NCBI GenBank assembly: GCA_024654625.1
Contig: JANLHB010000021.1
Location: forward strand, 1-52,845
Reading direction: 5' to 3'
From: Patescibacteria group bacterium
GTDB taxonomy: Bacteria > Patescibacteriota > Minisyncoccia > GCA-002772825
Length of the DNA stretch: 52,845 nt
Shown here: piece after piece, positions 8,682-17,843 of the stretch
Layout: each line of letters opens with the position of its first letter
Numbering within the stretch: position 1 is the stretch's first letter
Notes under the pieces: model-generated
What the model saw: only the letters and a program-made list of their open reading frames with translations
Databases searched by the model: none
What the model was told of the DNA's origin: nothing
Program-made: the position numbers and the translations under genes

Positions 8682-10352
8682 ATGAAACAGAAAACTGCGC
8701 TTGATATATTAAAAGCCGGGAAAAATGTGTATCTGACGGGTCCGGCCGGCAGTGGTAAAACCCACGTGATAAACGAATATATCACTTACTTAAAACACCG
8801 CGAAGTACCGGTGGGAGTAACAGCTTCCACAGGTATCGCGGCTACTCATATCGGTGGTGTGACCATCCACTCTTGGTCCGGCGCAGGCATAAAAGACACT
8901 CTATCAGGTAAAGAGATTGAAGCCCTTACAGAGAAAGAATACTTATATAAACGGCTATCAAAGACAAAAGTCCTGATAATAGACGAGGTGTCGATGCTCT
9001 CCCCTTCTTTATTTGATACGGTAGAACACATCTGTCGCGCGATGAAAAGAAACGATGAACCTTTTGGCGGGATGCAGATAGTCCTATCTGGAGATTTCTT
9101 TCAATTACCGCCTATCGGACAAAGAGGTATGGATGTAGAATTTGTCACCGCCTCAAATGCGTGGAAGTCTATGGATGTCCGTGTGTGCTACTTAGACGAA
9201 CAATTTCGCCACAACGATAATACGCTAGAAAGTATATTGAAAGAGATGCGAAGTGGAGAGATATCTTCCACTACACGAGAAAAGCTCTCTAAAATGTGCG
9301 ACAATGCCACAAAACAGACTGTCACGCCGACACGACTATATACCCATAATATTGATGTCGACGCAGAGAATGAAAAGGAGCTTCGGAAATTACCCGGTGG
9401 CGAACACCTCTTTGAAATGAGCGCTAAAGGACGCAAAGCCATCGTTGACTCACTTAAGAAAAGCGTCCTTGCTCCCGAGACACTAAGACTTAAAAAAGAT
9501 GCCGTAGTGATGTTTGTAAAAAATAATTTTGAAGAAGGTTATGTAAACGGCACACTTGGCGTGGTAAAAGATTTTGACCAAGGAGTCCCAGTAGTTGAAA
9601 CTCTTTCCGGTAAGACTATCTATGTAGGACAAGCAGAATGGGCTATTGAAGAAGACGGGAAAATACACGCGAAAGTTGAGCAGTTACCCATACGCCTGGC
9701 TTGGGCTATCACAGTGCACAAAAGCCAAGGGATGAGCTTGGACTCTGCACAGATTGATCTTTCAAAATCATTTGTTCCCGGGCAGGGATATGTGGCGCTC
9801 TCGCGGCTAAGAACACTTGAAGGACTTTCTCTGTCCGGTATCAATGATATGGCGTTTGCCGTGCATCCGCGAGCTCTTGAGATAGACCGGTACCTTCTTT
9901 CTGAATCATCGAAATGGGAACAAGTACTGCAGAGATTCAAACCGGAAAATCTATGTGAAATGCACGATGAATTTATAAAGAAATGCGGTGGCACCACTGA
10001 TAAAAAGCAGGTAGAAAAAAATGTTAAAAAAGGAGAAGAGAAAAAGGAAAAAGAAGAACGTACCCCCACTCACGAGAAAACACTTACCCTCATAAACAAA
10101 GGACTTTCTCTAAATGAGATAGCGGACAAAAGAGGAATGACAAAAGGGACTATTATCTCACATTTAGAGAAGATCAAAGAGCTTAAACCTGACTCTGATA
10201 TCAGTCGTTTCAAACCAAAAGAGCAGGATATCAAAAGGATAAAAGAAGCGTTTAAGAAGACGGGCGACACCAAGCTCTCCCCCGTCCATAAAAAACTCAG
10301 CGGAATGTACACTTATGACGAACTCCGGTTAGCTAGGTTGTTTTTGGAATAA
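8682..10352 (+). CDS. Pif1/RecD-family AAA helicase with a C-terminal helix-turn-helix domain
   Basis: 556 aa with Walker A GPAGSGKTH, LIIDEVSML, QLPPI, TVHKSQGMSLD and a C-terminal LSLNEIADKRGMTKGTIISHLEKI. Confidence 0.8.
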   Translation: MKQKTALDILKAGKNVYLTGPAGSGKTHVINEYITYLKHREVPVGVTASTGIAATHIGGVTIHSWSGAGIKDTLSGKEIEALTEKEYLYKRLSKTKVLIIDEVSMLSPSLFDTVEHICRAMKRNDEPFGGMQIVLSGDFFQLPPIGQRGMDVEFVTASNAWKSMDVRVCYLDEQFRHNDNTLESILKEMRSGEISSTTREKLSKMCDNATKQTVTPTRLYTHNIDVDAENEKELRKLPGGEHLFEMSAKGRKAIVDSLKKSVLAPETLRLKKDAVVMFVKNNFEEGYVNGTLGVVKDFDQGVPVVETLSGKTIYVGQAEWAIEEDGKIHAKVEQLPIRLAWAITVHKSQGMSLDSAQIDLSKSFVPGQGYVALSRLRTLEGLSLSGINDMAFAVHPRALEIDRYLLSESSKWEQVLQRFKPENLCEMHDEFIKKCGGTTDKKQVEKNVKKGEEKKEKEERTPTHEKTLTLINKGLSLNEIADKRGMTKGTIISHLEKIKELKPDSDISRFKPKEQDIKRIKEAFKKTGDTKLSPVHKKLSGMYTYDELRLARLFLE

Positions 10353-10551
10353 ACCGGAAAAGGATTCCTCAAGGTCTCACCTTTAAGAAATATCTTATCC
10401 ACAGAAAGACTATTTTTACAGTTTTTTTTACTAAATTTAAGTTAAAATATAAGAAAGGGGCATATACCCTAAAAGCTTTTAAAAAAAGATTATTTAAAAA
10501 GTAAAAAGGTCGAGTCAATCTTATAAATCTTATAACTTAAAATATATTTTT

Positions 10552-10767
10552 ATGAAAATAGTAAATTATGTAGCTGATATATTAGTAATCGTAGGAGGTA
10601 TAAATTGGGGTCTTGTTGGACTACTAAACTTCAATCTAGTAGCAAAAATCTTTGGAAGTGTCCCTGTATTGGAAAAGATTATTTATATCTTAGTGGGAAT
10701 AAGCGCTATCTACTCTATAACTCTTCTAAGGAAATTGGGCGGTGCATGCGAACACCAGACAATGTAA
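10552..10767 (+). CDS. DUF378 family small membrane protein
   Basis: 71 aa; GGINWGLVGLLNFNLVAKIFG is characteristic of DUF378. Confidence 0.8.
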   Translation: MKIVNYVADILVIVGGINWGLVGLLNFNLVAKIFGSVPVLEKIIYILVGISAIYSITLLRKLGGACEHQTM

Positions 10768-10795
10768 TCTAGATTACATTGATACGCAAAAAAAT

Positions 10796-10828
10796 AAAAG
10801 CGCATTTATAGCGCTTTTATTTTTTTTG
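10796..10828. terminator. Bidirectional intrinsic terminator
   Basis: AAAAGCGC-ATTTATA-GCGCTTTT followed by a T-run and preceded by an A-run, between convergent genes. Confidence 0.7.
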
Positions 10829-10839
10829 CTCAATTTATT

Positions 10840-10900
10840 AATTTGTTAGACACCAAGTTGTTAGACACCGGGTGTTTAACAACTTGGTGTCTAACAAATT
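10840..10900. repeat. TTGTTARACAC palindrome family, copy c (double unit, about 30-nt arms, 1 mismatch)
   Basis: AATTTGTTAGACACCAAGTTGTTAGACACC-G-GGTGTTTAACAACTTGGTGTCTAACAAATT. Confidence 0.9.
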
Positions 10901-10919
10901 GTATTATTGTATGTATGAG

Positions 10920-11630
10920 TTAGAACTTTTTCTCCGCATAGACAGAGATACTTCTTCGTTTAAATGCCTTACCCTTCAAGATATGACGGTGGGACTTTGA
11001 GATCTTATGTATCGTAAAATAAGGATCGAGTATTTTTTCAATCTCTTCTTCAGTAAAGACATGTTCAGGCGTGCCACTCTTTGGGTGGATATATGTCCCC
11101 TCTTCACAGCTCGGACTCTCACGAAGAAGACGTTCGGCGTGTCTGTCTTCGTCTAGTAGAAACGTCTTAAAGAAAAACCAGCCTCCGGGTTTAAGCACTC
11201 TTACCACCTCTTTAAGGAGGCGTTCTCTCGCCTCCTCTTTCAAAACATGCGACGCCATCATATCAAGCGCGAGAGAACAAGACTCGTCTTCAAGAAGAAA
11301 CGGGTCAGCGATTGACTGACATCGGTATTCCAAAGGAAGCCCCTTACTCATGTCTTTAGCTTGAGCTATCGCCTCTTTAGAGATATCAATACCTACTCCA
11401 CTCGCGCCGAAAGTCTTTGACAGATAGACCAAGTTCCTGCCATTACCGCAACCAACGTCAATAATATTATCAGCATTATCAAATTGCACGGGTGGACGCT
11501 TGCGACCAAGCCATCTAATAAACTTAAGAAGGTCCTCACTTGGATTACTCGAAAGAGAGAGGTGTTTTACCTCTTTATATTCTTTATTCCAAAATTTACG
11601 ATCATCGCGTCCTCTTTTCCTCTTATTCAT
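10920..11630 (-). CDS. Class I SAM-dependent methyltransferase
   Basis: 236 aa with motif I IIDVGCGNGRN and VLKPGGWFF. Confidence 0.75.
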   Translation of the reverse strand: MNKRKRGRDDRKFWNKEYKEVKHLSLSSNPSEDLLKFIRWLGRKRPPVQFDNADNIIDVGCGNGRNLVYLSKTFGASGVGIDISKEAIAQAKDMSKGLPLEYRCQSIADPFLLEDESCSLALDMMASHVLKEEARERLLKEVVRVLKPGGWFFFKTFLLDEDRHAERLLRESPSCEEGTYIHPKSGTPEHVFTEEEIEKILDPYFTIHKISKSHRHILKGKAFKRRSISVYAEKKF

Positions 11631-11696
11631 AGTTGGTATTACATCATAATATTATACTAATGACAATATATCGTTTTTTATATATACTTTAAAATT

Positions 11697-12482
11697 ATGC
11701 CCAAAGTGAACCAAAAGACTTATGTTTACGGCAAGCACGCGCTCAAAGAGGCGCTTCTTCACGCTCCTGAAACAATCAAGAAAGTATTCCTTGCGCCAAA
11801 TATCAATGCTCCGGATCTAATCGCCCTTATAAAGAAAACGGGTGTCCAAACAGCGGAACTATCCAAGACAAAGACATCTGAGAAAAACCTTGAGTCGGCC
11901 GTGCATCAAGGTGTAGTCGCTCTTGTTTCAATAGAGAAACTAGTCAAACCATACCATGAATTCATAAACTCACTTCAGATAACAAACGACACCGTGCTTG
12001 TGCTCTTAGACGAACTCCAAGACCCGCAGAATATAGGAGCTGTGATACGTTCGGCTGCCGCCTTTGGCGCATCGGGCGTGCTTATACCCGAACATCATCA
12101 AGGGCAGGTGACTGGGGCCGTCCTTAAGGTCTCTGCCGGTATGGCCTTCCGTATACCTCTTGTCTTGATAGGCAATGTAAACAACACATTAGGCGATCTT
12201 AAGAGGCGCGGTTTCTGGACATACGGACTGATCGGAGAAGGTAAAGAAAATATCAATAATGAATCGTTTAGCTCCCCTACTGTAATAATCCTTGGCAATG
12301 AGTCTAAAGGGATCCGCGAGAAGACACGGGAACTTTGCGATATACAACTCTCCATACCGATAAACTCAAAATGCGAATCATTAAACGCCGCCACTTCTTT
12401 AGCAATAGCTCTCTATGCCTGGAGCTCTAAGCACCCAAAAGCACTGAATGAAGACCAAAGACCAGCTGACCAATCTAAATAA
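11697..12482 (+). CDS. rlmB: SpoU/TrmH-family 23S rRNA 2'-O-methyltransferase (RlmB-like)
   Basis: 261 aa with an N-terminal YGKHALKEAL, LDELQDPQNIGAVIRSAAAFG, ILGNESKGI and IPI....ESLNAATSLAIALY. Confidence 0.8.
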   Translation: MPKVNQKTYVYGKHALKEALLHAPETIKKVFLAPNINAPDLIALIKKTGVQTAELSKTKTSEKNLESAVHQGVVALVSIEKLVKPYHEFINSLQITNDTVLVLLDELQDPQNIGAVIRSAAAFGASGVLIPEHHQGQVTGAVLKVSAGMAFRIPLVLIGNVNNTLGDLKRRGFWTYGLIGEGKENINNESFSSPTVIILGNESKGIREKTRELCDIQLSIPINSKCESLNAATSLAIALYAWSSKHPKALNEDQRPADQSK

Positions 12483-12527
12483 ATTTAATATAATACTAAA
12501 ACAATCTATTATAAATAACGAAAATAT

Positions 12528-13430
12528 ATGAAATTAAAAATAGCATACATAGGACTGGGGAAAATGGGTCTCAATATGGTGGAACGCCTGATTAAGAAAG
12601 GTTATGAGATCTCAGCCTTTGATATAAATGAGGAAGCTAGAAGAAAAGCCGACGAAGCCGGAGCGTTAACATTTGACTCTATTGAAAAGCTTGTCAGGCG
12701 GGAAGAAAGCCCGAGGTTGATTTGGATAATGGTCCCTTATAAATTTGTCGATGATGTGCTTGAGAAAGTTAAACCAATACTTCAAAAAGGCGATACTGTT
12801 ATAGACGGAGGCAATTCTCCTTACAAAGAATCCATAAGGCGAGCTAAAAAGCTTAAAGAAATGGGCATAAACTTCCTGGATGTCGGCGTATCAGGCGGTC
12901 CGAGCGGGGCCAGAAACGGCGCATCACTCATGATTGGTGGAGAAAAAAAAGATTATGAAAAATATGAGGAACTGTTTAAAGACTTATCAGCACCGGAAGG
13001 TTATGGCTATATGGGCGACCATGGCGCCGGTCATTTTGTGAAGATGGTACACAATGGAATAGAATACGGCATGATGCAGGCGATCGCCGAGGGTTTTGCA
13101 ATAATGAAAAAATCACCACTCAACTTAAACCTTACAAAGATAGCCGAAGTGTATAACAACGGCACTGTTATAGAATCGCGCCTTATAAGTTGGCTTGGCA
13201 AGGCTTTCAAGGAAGAAGGAGAAGGCCTTAAAGAAATCTCTGGAAAGATCTCTCACAGCGGAGAAGGCCTTTGGACAGTAGAAGCGTCTAAAGAACTTGA
13301 AGTGCCTGCGCCTGTTATTGAAGATTCTTTAAACTTTCGAATTAACTCTCAAGAGAATCCTAGCTACACCGGACAGATTGTCTCTGCTTTAAGAAACCAA
13401 TTCGGTGGCCACGAAGTGAAGGAAAAGTAG
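12528..13430 (+). CDS. gnd: 6-phosphogluconate dehydrogenase (decarboxylating), short Gnd/YqeC-like form
   Basis: 300 aa with the Rossmann motif IGLGKMGLNM, plus DGGNS, GVSGG and GAGHFVKMVHNGIEYG. Confidence 0.8.
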   Translation: MKLKIAYIGLGKMGLNMVERLIKKGYEISAFDINEEARRKADEAGALTFDSIEKLVRREESPRLIWIMVPYKFVDDVLEKVKPILQKGDTVIDGGNSPYKESIRRAKKLKEMGINFLDVGVSGGPSGARNGASLMIGGEKKDYEKYEELFKDLSAPEGYGYMGDHGAGHFVKMVHNGIEYGMMQAIAEGFAIMKKSPLNLNLTKIAEVYNNGTVIESRLISWLGKAFKEEGEGLKEISGKISHSGEGLWTVEASKELEVPAPVIEDSLNFRINSQENPSYTGQIVSALRNQFGGHEVKEK

Positions 13431-13431
13431 A

Positions 13432-13476
13432 AATTTGTGCACCTTCCGGAATTTGTGCACCTTCCGGTGGTGCACA
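13432..13476. repeat. Perfect tandem 18-mer x2 ending in a GC hairpin
   Basis: AATTTGTGCACCTTCCGG occurs at 13432-13449 and 13450-13467. The hairpin TGTGCACC-TTCCGGT-GGTGCACA is at 13454-13476. Confidence 0.85.
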
Positions 13477-13489
13477 TTACCGCGGCGGA

Positions 13490-13518
13490 TTGACAAACTA
13501 ATGTTATTGATATATTAT
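13490..13518 (+). promoter_or_regulatory. Sigma-70-like promoter candidate for the DEAD-box helicase
   Basis: TTGACA-N17-TATTAT, about 100 nt upstream of the ATG at 13616. The leader contains the hairpin GTAGCGAGCC..GGCCCGCTAC. Confidence 0.4.
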
Positions 13519-13615
13519 TCTAGGACAAGCTAAAGTCTCACTAATAACAGTAGCGAGCCGAAAAATTGGCCCGCTACTTTTAGATTATAAGATAAGGCTA
13601 TGGCTTATATAAAAT

Positions 13616-14824
13616 ATGTATAAACAAAATTTCAAAAGAGATTTAAAAAGAAGACCGTTTCATAAAGGACTGCCATCTCGTAATGGCCGTCGTTTTCATG
13701 CCGGACACAGGATAAAAAGCAAAGGCATTGATATTTCTAAATTTGTTAATAAGGCAGTAGAAGCTGAAGCATCAGCGCCTTTTACCCCCGAGCACCTATT
13801 TAAAGATTTTAATATTAAAGAAGATATTAAGAAAAATATCCTTGCGAAAGGATATGAATCTCCTACTCCTATCCAAGACAAGATCATTCCTCATATCCTT
13901 AATGGATCTGATGTTGTAGGTATTGCAAACACCGGCACTGGCAAGACGGGTGCGTTCCTGATCCCTCTTATAAACAAAGTGCTTATGGATCATAAAGAAA
14001 ATGTGCTTATCGTCGCTCCTACTCGAGAACTCGCTATCCAGATCAACCAAGAGTTTAAAGATTTCAGCAGATATCTTAAGATATTTTCCGTATGCTGTGT
14101 CGGAGGGGCGCATATCGGCCGGCAAATCTCTGAGCTTAAAAGACCTCATCGTTTCATTATTGGCACTCCGGGAAGGATTAAGGACTTAAACAAAAGAAAA
14201 TTGATCGACTTCTCAAGATTCAACACTGTTGTCCTTGACGAAGCGGACAGGATGCTTGATATGGGCTTTATAGAAGATATGCGATTTATGATGTCTCGAC
14301 TGCCAAAAGAGCGTCAGACATTATTTTTCTCAGCCACACTGTCAAAAGAGATTGAGAAACTTATTGCCGAATTTCTTAATAATCCTATCACTGTTTCTGT
14401 AAAGACGCGCGACACTGCAAGCAATGTGGAACAAGACATAATAAAAATAAAACACGGTGAAGATAAGATAGAAGTGCTTTATAATCTGCTCTCTAAACCG
14501 GAATTTAATAAGGTGATTATTTTCGGCAAGACAAAACACGGAGTAGAGAAATTATATGCTACTCTCGCTAAAAAAGGACTGCGTGTTGAATCAATCCACG
14601 GAGACAAAAATCATTCCAAAAGGCAAAGAGCGCTAGGACTCTTCAAAGACAATCGCGCTAAAATCCTTGTGGCTACAGATGTTGCGGCTCGAGGTCTTGA
14701 TATTGATAATGTAAGCCATGTAATAAACTTTGATATCCCGGCAACATATGAAGATTATGTTCATCGTATCGGCAGGACAGGAAGAGGCAATAAAAAAGGA
14801 AAGGCGCTTACTTTCGTCAACTAA
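13616..14824 (+). CDS. DEAD-box ATP-dependent RNA helicase
   Basis: 402 aa with the Q motif (PTPIQ), ANTGTGKT, DEAD, SAT and HRIGRTGR. Confidence 0.9.
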   Translation: MYKQNFKRDLKRRPFHKGLPSRNGRRFHAGHRIKSKGIDISKFVNKAVEAEASAPFTPEHLFKDFNIKEDIKKNILAKGYESPTPIQDKIIPHILNGSDVVGIANTGTGKTGAFLIPLINKVLMDHKENVLIVAPTRELAIQINQEFKDFSRYLKIFSVCCVGGAHIGRQISELKRPHRFIIGTPGRIKDLNKRKLIDFSRFNTVVLDEADRMLDMGFIEDMRFMMSRLPKERQTLFFSATLSKEIEKLIAEFLNNPITVSVKTRDTASNVEQDIIKIKHGEDKIEVLYNLLSKPEFNKVIIFGKTKHGVEKLYATLAKKGLRVESIHGDKNHSKRQRALGLFKDNRAKILVATDVAARGLDIDNVSHVINFDIPATYEDYVHRIGRTGRGNKKGKALTFVN

Positions 14825-14863
14825 AAAAGAAAAAAATCAGATTATATCTATGGATGAAAATAC

Positions 14864-15784
14864 TTAGACTTTCAAGTATTTTCTTACTGCAACATAACTT
14901 GAAACAGTGCCCAGAAATATTCCTATGACAAAAAGAATGGCAAAAATCTGGAGAAAATTGTTGAGATAATATCCAAAAATATCAATACCCAAGAAGGCGC
15001 TCCTTGCAATCGGACTTACCCAGACAAGAAACGGGTAAAAAAGCGCTATGGTTATAATACTCGCAAAAGCCCCGGACATCGCCCCCTCAATAACAAATGG
15101 ACCCCTTACATAACTGTTAGTCGCGCCTACAAGTCTCATAATAGAAATCTCTTCTCTTGAAAAATAAATAGAGATGCGTATTGTATTGAAAATAACAATA
15201 ACGGCGATTATGATGAGGACAAGGCTCACTCCAAATCCAAGCGCTCTAAACGAGTTTATAATTTTACTCAATTTTTCTATCACAATTTTATTTTGAAAAT
15301 AATTTATTTTATCTATCGTGTCGGACTTGTCTTGAGAATTTTTCAAAAAATTAGCTATCCCCTCATATTGGCTTGGATCTTTGGCTTTTATATTTATCTC
15401 TGCGCCTAACGGATTATTCTCCAATTCATCTAAAGACTGAGTAATAAGAGAATTATTTTCATGCCTTTGTTTAAATCTGCTGAGAGATTCTTCCTGAGAA
15501 ACATATGTAGCTTCTTTTACCTCGCCTTCCAGCGTAAGAAGAGATTTTCTTATATTTAAAATATCGTCCTCGGGAACACCCGGTTTAAAGTAAACGGTAA
15601 TATCAACCTTGTCTTCAATCTGCGCGAGCGTTGAATCAAGAGACGCTTTTGCAAAAATTATAGAACCTATGACAAAAAGTGTCGTTACCATCACAAGGAC
15701 AGTCGCGGCTGAAACAACCCCCTCTCTCCAGAAGTTAACAAAACCTATTTTTATTATTCTTTTCGTATCAATAAAAAAACTCAT
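14864..15784 (-). CDS. ftsX: Cell-division ABC transporter permease FtsX
   Basis: 306 aa with FtsX topology and a 4-nt overlap with ftsE upstream. Confidence 0.8.
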   Translation of the reverse strand: MSFFIDTKRIIKIGFVNFWREGVVSAATVLVMVTTLFVIGSIIFAKASLDSTLAQIEDKVDITVYFKPGVPEDDILNIRKSLLTLEGEVKEATYVSQEESLSRFKQRHENNSLITQSLDELENNPLGAEINIKAKDPSQYEGIANFLKNSQDKSDTIDKINYFQNKIVIEKLSKIINSFRALGFGVSLVLIIIAVIVIFNTIRISIYFSREEISIMRLVGATNSYVRGPFVIEGAMSGAFASIITIALFYPFLVWVSPIARSAFLGIDIFGYYLNNFLQIFAILFVIGIFLGTVSSYVAVRKYLKV

Positions 15785-16461
15785 AATATATATCTGCCCT
15801 CTTTATCATCACGCGTTATTCTTCCTCCCTCAAGTGTGATAACTCTCTTATTTAGAGAATCTATTATCCCTTTATTGTGTGTAGCAAGGACGACTGTCGT
15901 GCCAAGCTCATTTACTTTCTTAAGTATATTAATTATTTCCCAAGTATTCAACGGATCAAGGTTGCCTGTCGGCTCGTCGGCTATTATAAGATCAGGTTGA
16001 TTCACAATAGCTCTGGCAATAGCCACTCTCTGTCTCTCGCCTCCGGAAAGTTCGTTCGGGAAACGCCAGCCTTTATCTTCAAGACCGACTAAATCCATAA
16101 CTTGAGGAACATCATTTCTAATATCTTCATCTTTCTTGCCGGCGGCCTCCATGGCAAAAGCGATATTCTCAAAAACAGTCTTATTAGGTAAAAGACGAAA
16201 ATCTTGAAAAACTACTCCTATTTTACGGCGAACTTCAGTCAACATTACTTTTGGGACAGAATGTACATTTATAGATTCAAAGAAAACCTTGCCGTCAGTA
16301 GGAGATTCTTCAGCTAAAAGAAGTTTCAAAAGGGTTGTCTTACCGGCCCCTGATTGACCCACTAGAGAAACAAATTCTTGCGGTTCAACCGTAAAGCTTA
16401 TCTCCTCAATAGCGACAGAATTCTTAGCATATATTTTTGAAACTTTATCAAAATAAATCAT
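15781..16461 (-). CDS. ftsE: Cell-division ABC transporter ATP-binding protein FtsE
   Basis: 226 aa with GQSGAGKTT, the LSGGERQRVAIARA signature and IIADEPTGNLD. Confidence 0.85.
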   Translation of the reverse strand: MIYFDKVSKIYAKNSVAIEEISFTVEPQEFVSLVGQSGAGKTTLLKLLLAEESPTDGKVFFESINVHSVPKVMLTEVRRKIGVVFQDFRLLPNKTVFENIAFAMEAAGKKDEDIRNDVPQVMDLVGLEDKGWRFPNELSGGERQRVAIARAIVNQPDLIIADEPTGNLDPLNTWEIINILKKVNELGTTVVLATHNKGIIDSLNKRVITLEGGRITRDDKEGRYIL

Positions 16462-16493
16462 GTATTATTTTTTATTATAGCATTTATTAACAG

Positions 16494-16513
16494 CTAATGG
16501 CTAGTGGCTAAAT
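16494..16513. repeat. CTAG-rich motif copy forming the last codons and stop of prfB
   Basis: CTAATGGCTAGTGGCTAAAT. Its reverse complement encodes ..LATSH*. 17/18 identical to 4335-4352. Confidence 0.8.
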
Positions 16514-17396
16514 CTTGCTCCGCCTCTATGAATTCATCTAATCCTCCGTCTAAAACCTTTTCTACATCACGTTCCTCTACTCCCGTACGATGATCTTTTA
16601 CAAGCTTATATGGGTGAAAGACATAAGACCTGATCTGGCTTCCCCATTCAGGAGAAACTTCTTTGCTTATTTTCATCAAAGCCATCTCTTTATCCTTCTC
16701 ATCTTCTATCAATTTATATATCTTAGCCCTTAACATATTGAGAGCTCTTTCTTTGTTCTGCGCCTGAGAACGTTCCGTCTCACAGTGTACTGCGAGTTTC
16801 GTCGGTATATGCACGACCCTTACCGCCGTCTCTCTCTTATTAACATTTTGCCCTCCGGCGCCTGAACTTCTGGCAAATTCATATCTGATATCCTTCTCTG
16901 GAATATCCATATCGCCCTTATCAACAATAACAGGCACAACCTCAAGCAAAGCAAAAGAAGTATGCCTGAGCTTCTTAGCTGAAAATGGCGATATTCTCAC
17001 AAGCCGATGAACTCCTTGTTCTTTTTTTAATTTACCATAAGCGCCACTGCCCGTAACTTCAAAAGTAATATTTTTATAACCCTGCCTGCCGGCAGGCAGG
17101 CGCCTCTCAGCACCTTCGTGCTTGTGAATTATTTTAAGCGACCAACCTTTCTTCTCAATATATTTAGAATACATATCAAAAAGGATCCTTGTCCAATCTT
17201 CCGCATCGTCTCCACCGGCGCCGGAAAATAAGGTGAGTAAAGCGCCCCCTTTATCGTATTTGCCAAGTCCGGAAAGTTTATCCTTAAGCTCGTTTAATTC
17301 TTTGATTATGTCTTGCGCTTTCGCTTTATCGTCCCAGAAATTAGGCTCCTGCATACTCCTCTCAATATTTTCTATTCTTTCTTTAATTTCGCTCAT
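16494..17396 (-). CDS. prfB: Peptide chain release factor 2, short form, no programmed frameshift
   Basis: 300 aa with the SPF tripeptide (RISPFSA) and GGQ (SGAGGQNVNK). It is a single uninterrupted ORF and carries an in-frame LPAGRQ palindrome. Confidence 0.9.
   Translation of the reverse strand: MSEIKERIENIERSMQEPNFWDDKAKAQDIIKELNELKDKLSGLGKYDKGGALLTLFSGAGGDDAEDWTRILFDMYSKYIEKKGWSLKIIHKHEGAERRLPAGRQGYKNITFEVTGSGAYGKLKKEQGVHRLVRISPFSAKKLRHTSFALLEVVPVIVDKGDMDIPEKDIRYEFARSSGAGGQNVNKRETAVRVVHIPTKLAVHCETERSQAQNKERALNMLRAKIYKLIEDEKDKEMALMKISKEVSPEWGSQIRSYVFHPYKLVKDHRTGVEERDVEKVLDGGLDEFIEAEQDLATSH
17081..17100. repeat. 20-bp perfect palindrome CCTGCCTGCCGGCAGGCAGG (copy inside prfB)
   Basis: Exact 20-mer, read on the minus strand as R-LPAGRQ-G. 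Confidence 0.95.
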
Positions 17397-17490
17397 TGAT
17401 CTATTTTAATAGAATAAATTTTAACTTGCAATCTTAGTCAAATTAAATATTATTAGAGGAGCTTGTCCCGCCGTGGCGGGGTGAATAGAT

Positions 17491-17566
17491 GCCAAGATAG
17501 CTCAGTCGGCAGAGCACACCCATGGTAAGGGTGAGGTCCCGGGTTCGATTCCCGGTCTTGGCTCCA
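17491..17566 (+). tRNA. tRNA-Thr (anticodon GGU)
   Basis: Acceptor GCCAAGA/TCTTGGC, D arm GCTC-AGTCGGCA-GAGC, anticodon loop ATGGTAA, T arm CCGGG-TTCGATT-CCCGG, encoded CCA. Confidence 0.9.
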
Positions 17567-17582
17567 GATAGTTCAACTTGCC

Positions 17583-17700
17583 CCGCTTGGCGGTGGCTTT
17601 CCCCGTCAGGGCGGGGTCCGTCGTGTACTACTTAAGGAGTACAAGAAGCCCTGTACCCTTTAGCGGTACACGGGCGGCGCCATGCACCCTTTAGTGGTGC
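17583..17700. repeat. Cluster of five GC-rich hairpins downstream of tRNA-Thr
   Basis: The five hairpins are CCGC-TTG-GCGG (17583-93), CCCCG-N6-CGGGG (17601-16), TGTACT-N8-AGTACA (17624-43), TGTACC-CTTTAGC-GGTACA (17652-70) and GCACC-CTTTAGT-GGTGC (17684-700). Confidence 0.8.
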
Positions 17701-17843
17701 TTAGCGATTCTCCCCCTTAACTTACATACAAACATACGAATAAAATTTTAAACATTTTCCCGCTTTCTCTACCCTTACTATCCTTAATAAATGAGCCGAC
17801 CGGCAGAAATACTAAGAATGGATTCATCTAGTTTAGTTTAGTT

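Noticed and set aside
8741-8760. CCGGCCGGCAG in the helicase gene as another palindrome copy
   Set aside because: It is just the Walker A codons (GPAGSGKT) and lacks the CCTGCC/GGCAGG arms.
10761-10780. 20-nt perfect AT-rich palindrome AATGTAATCTAGATTACATT over the DUF378 stop codon
   Set aside because: It is a single occurrence in AT-rich sequence next to a clear terminator, and was not seen elsewhere in the window.
17300-17460. Programmed +1 frameshift site of prfB
   Set aside because: The ORF is continuous from its ATG at 17396. No short upstream frame, SD-like CUU UGA site or in-frame UGA is visible.
17567-17720. SRP RNA, 6S RNA, tmRNA or RNase P RNA in the GC-rich tract after tRNA-Thr
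   Set aside because: None of the conserved motifs I know is present: no SRP GGAA-loop/AGCA domain IV, tmRNA tRNA-like ends or RNase P GAGGAAAGUC.
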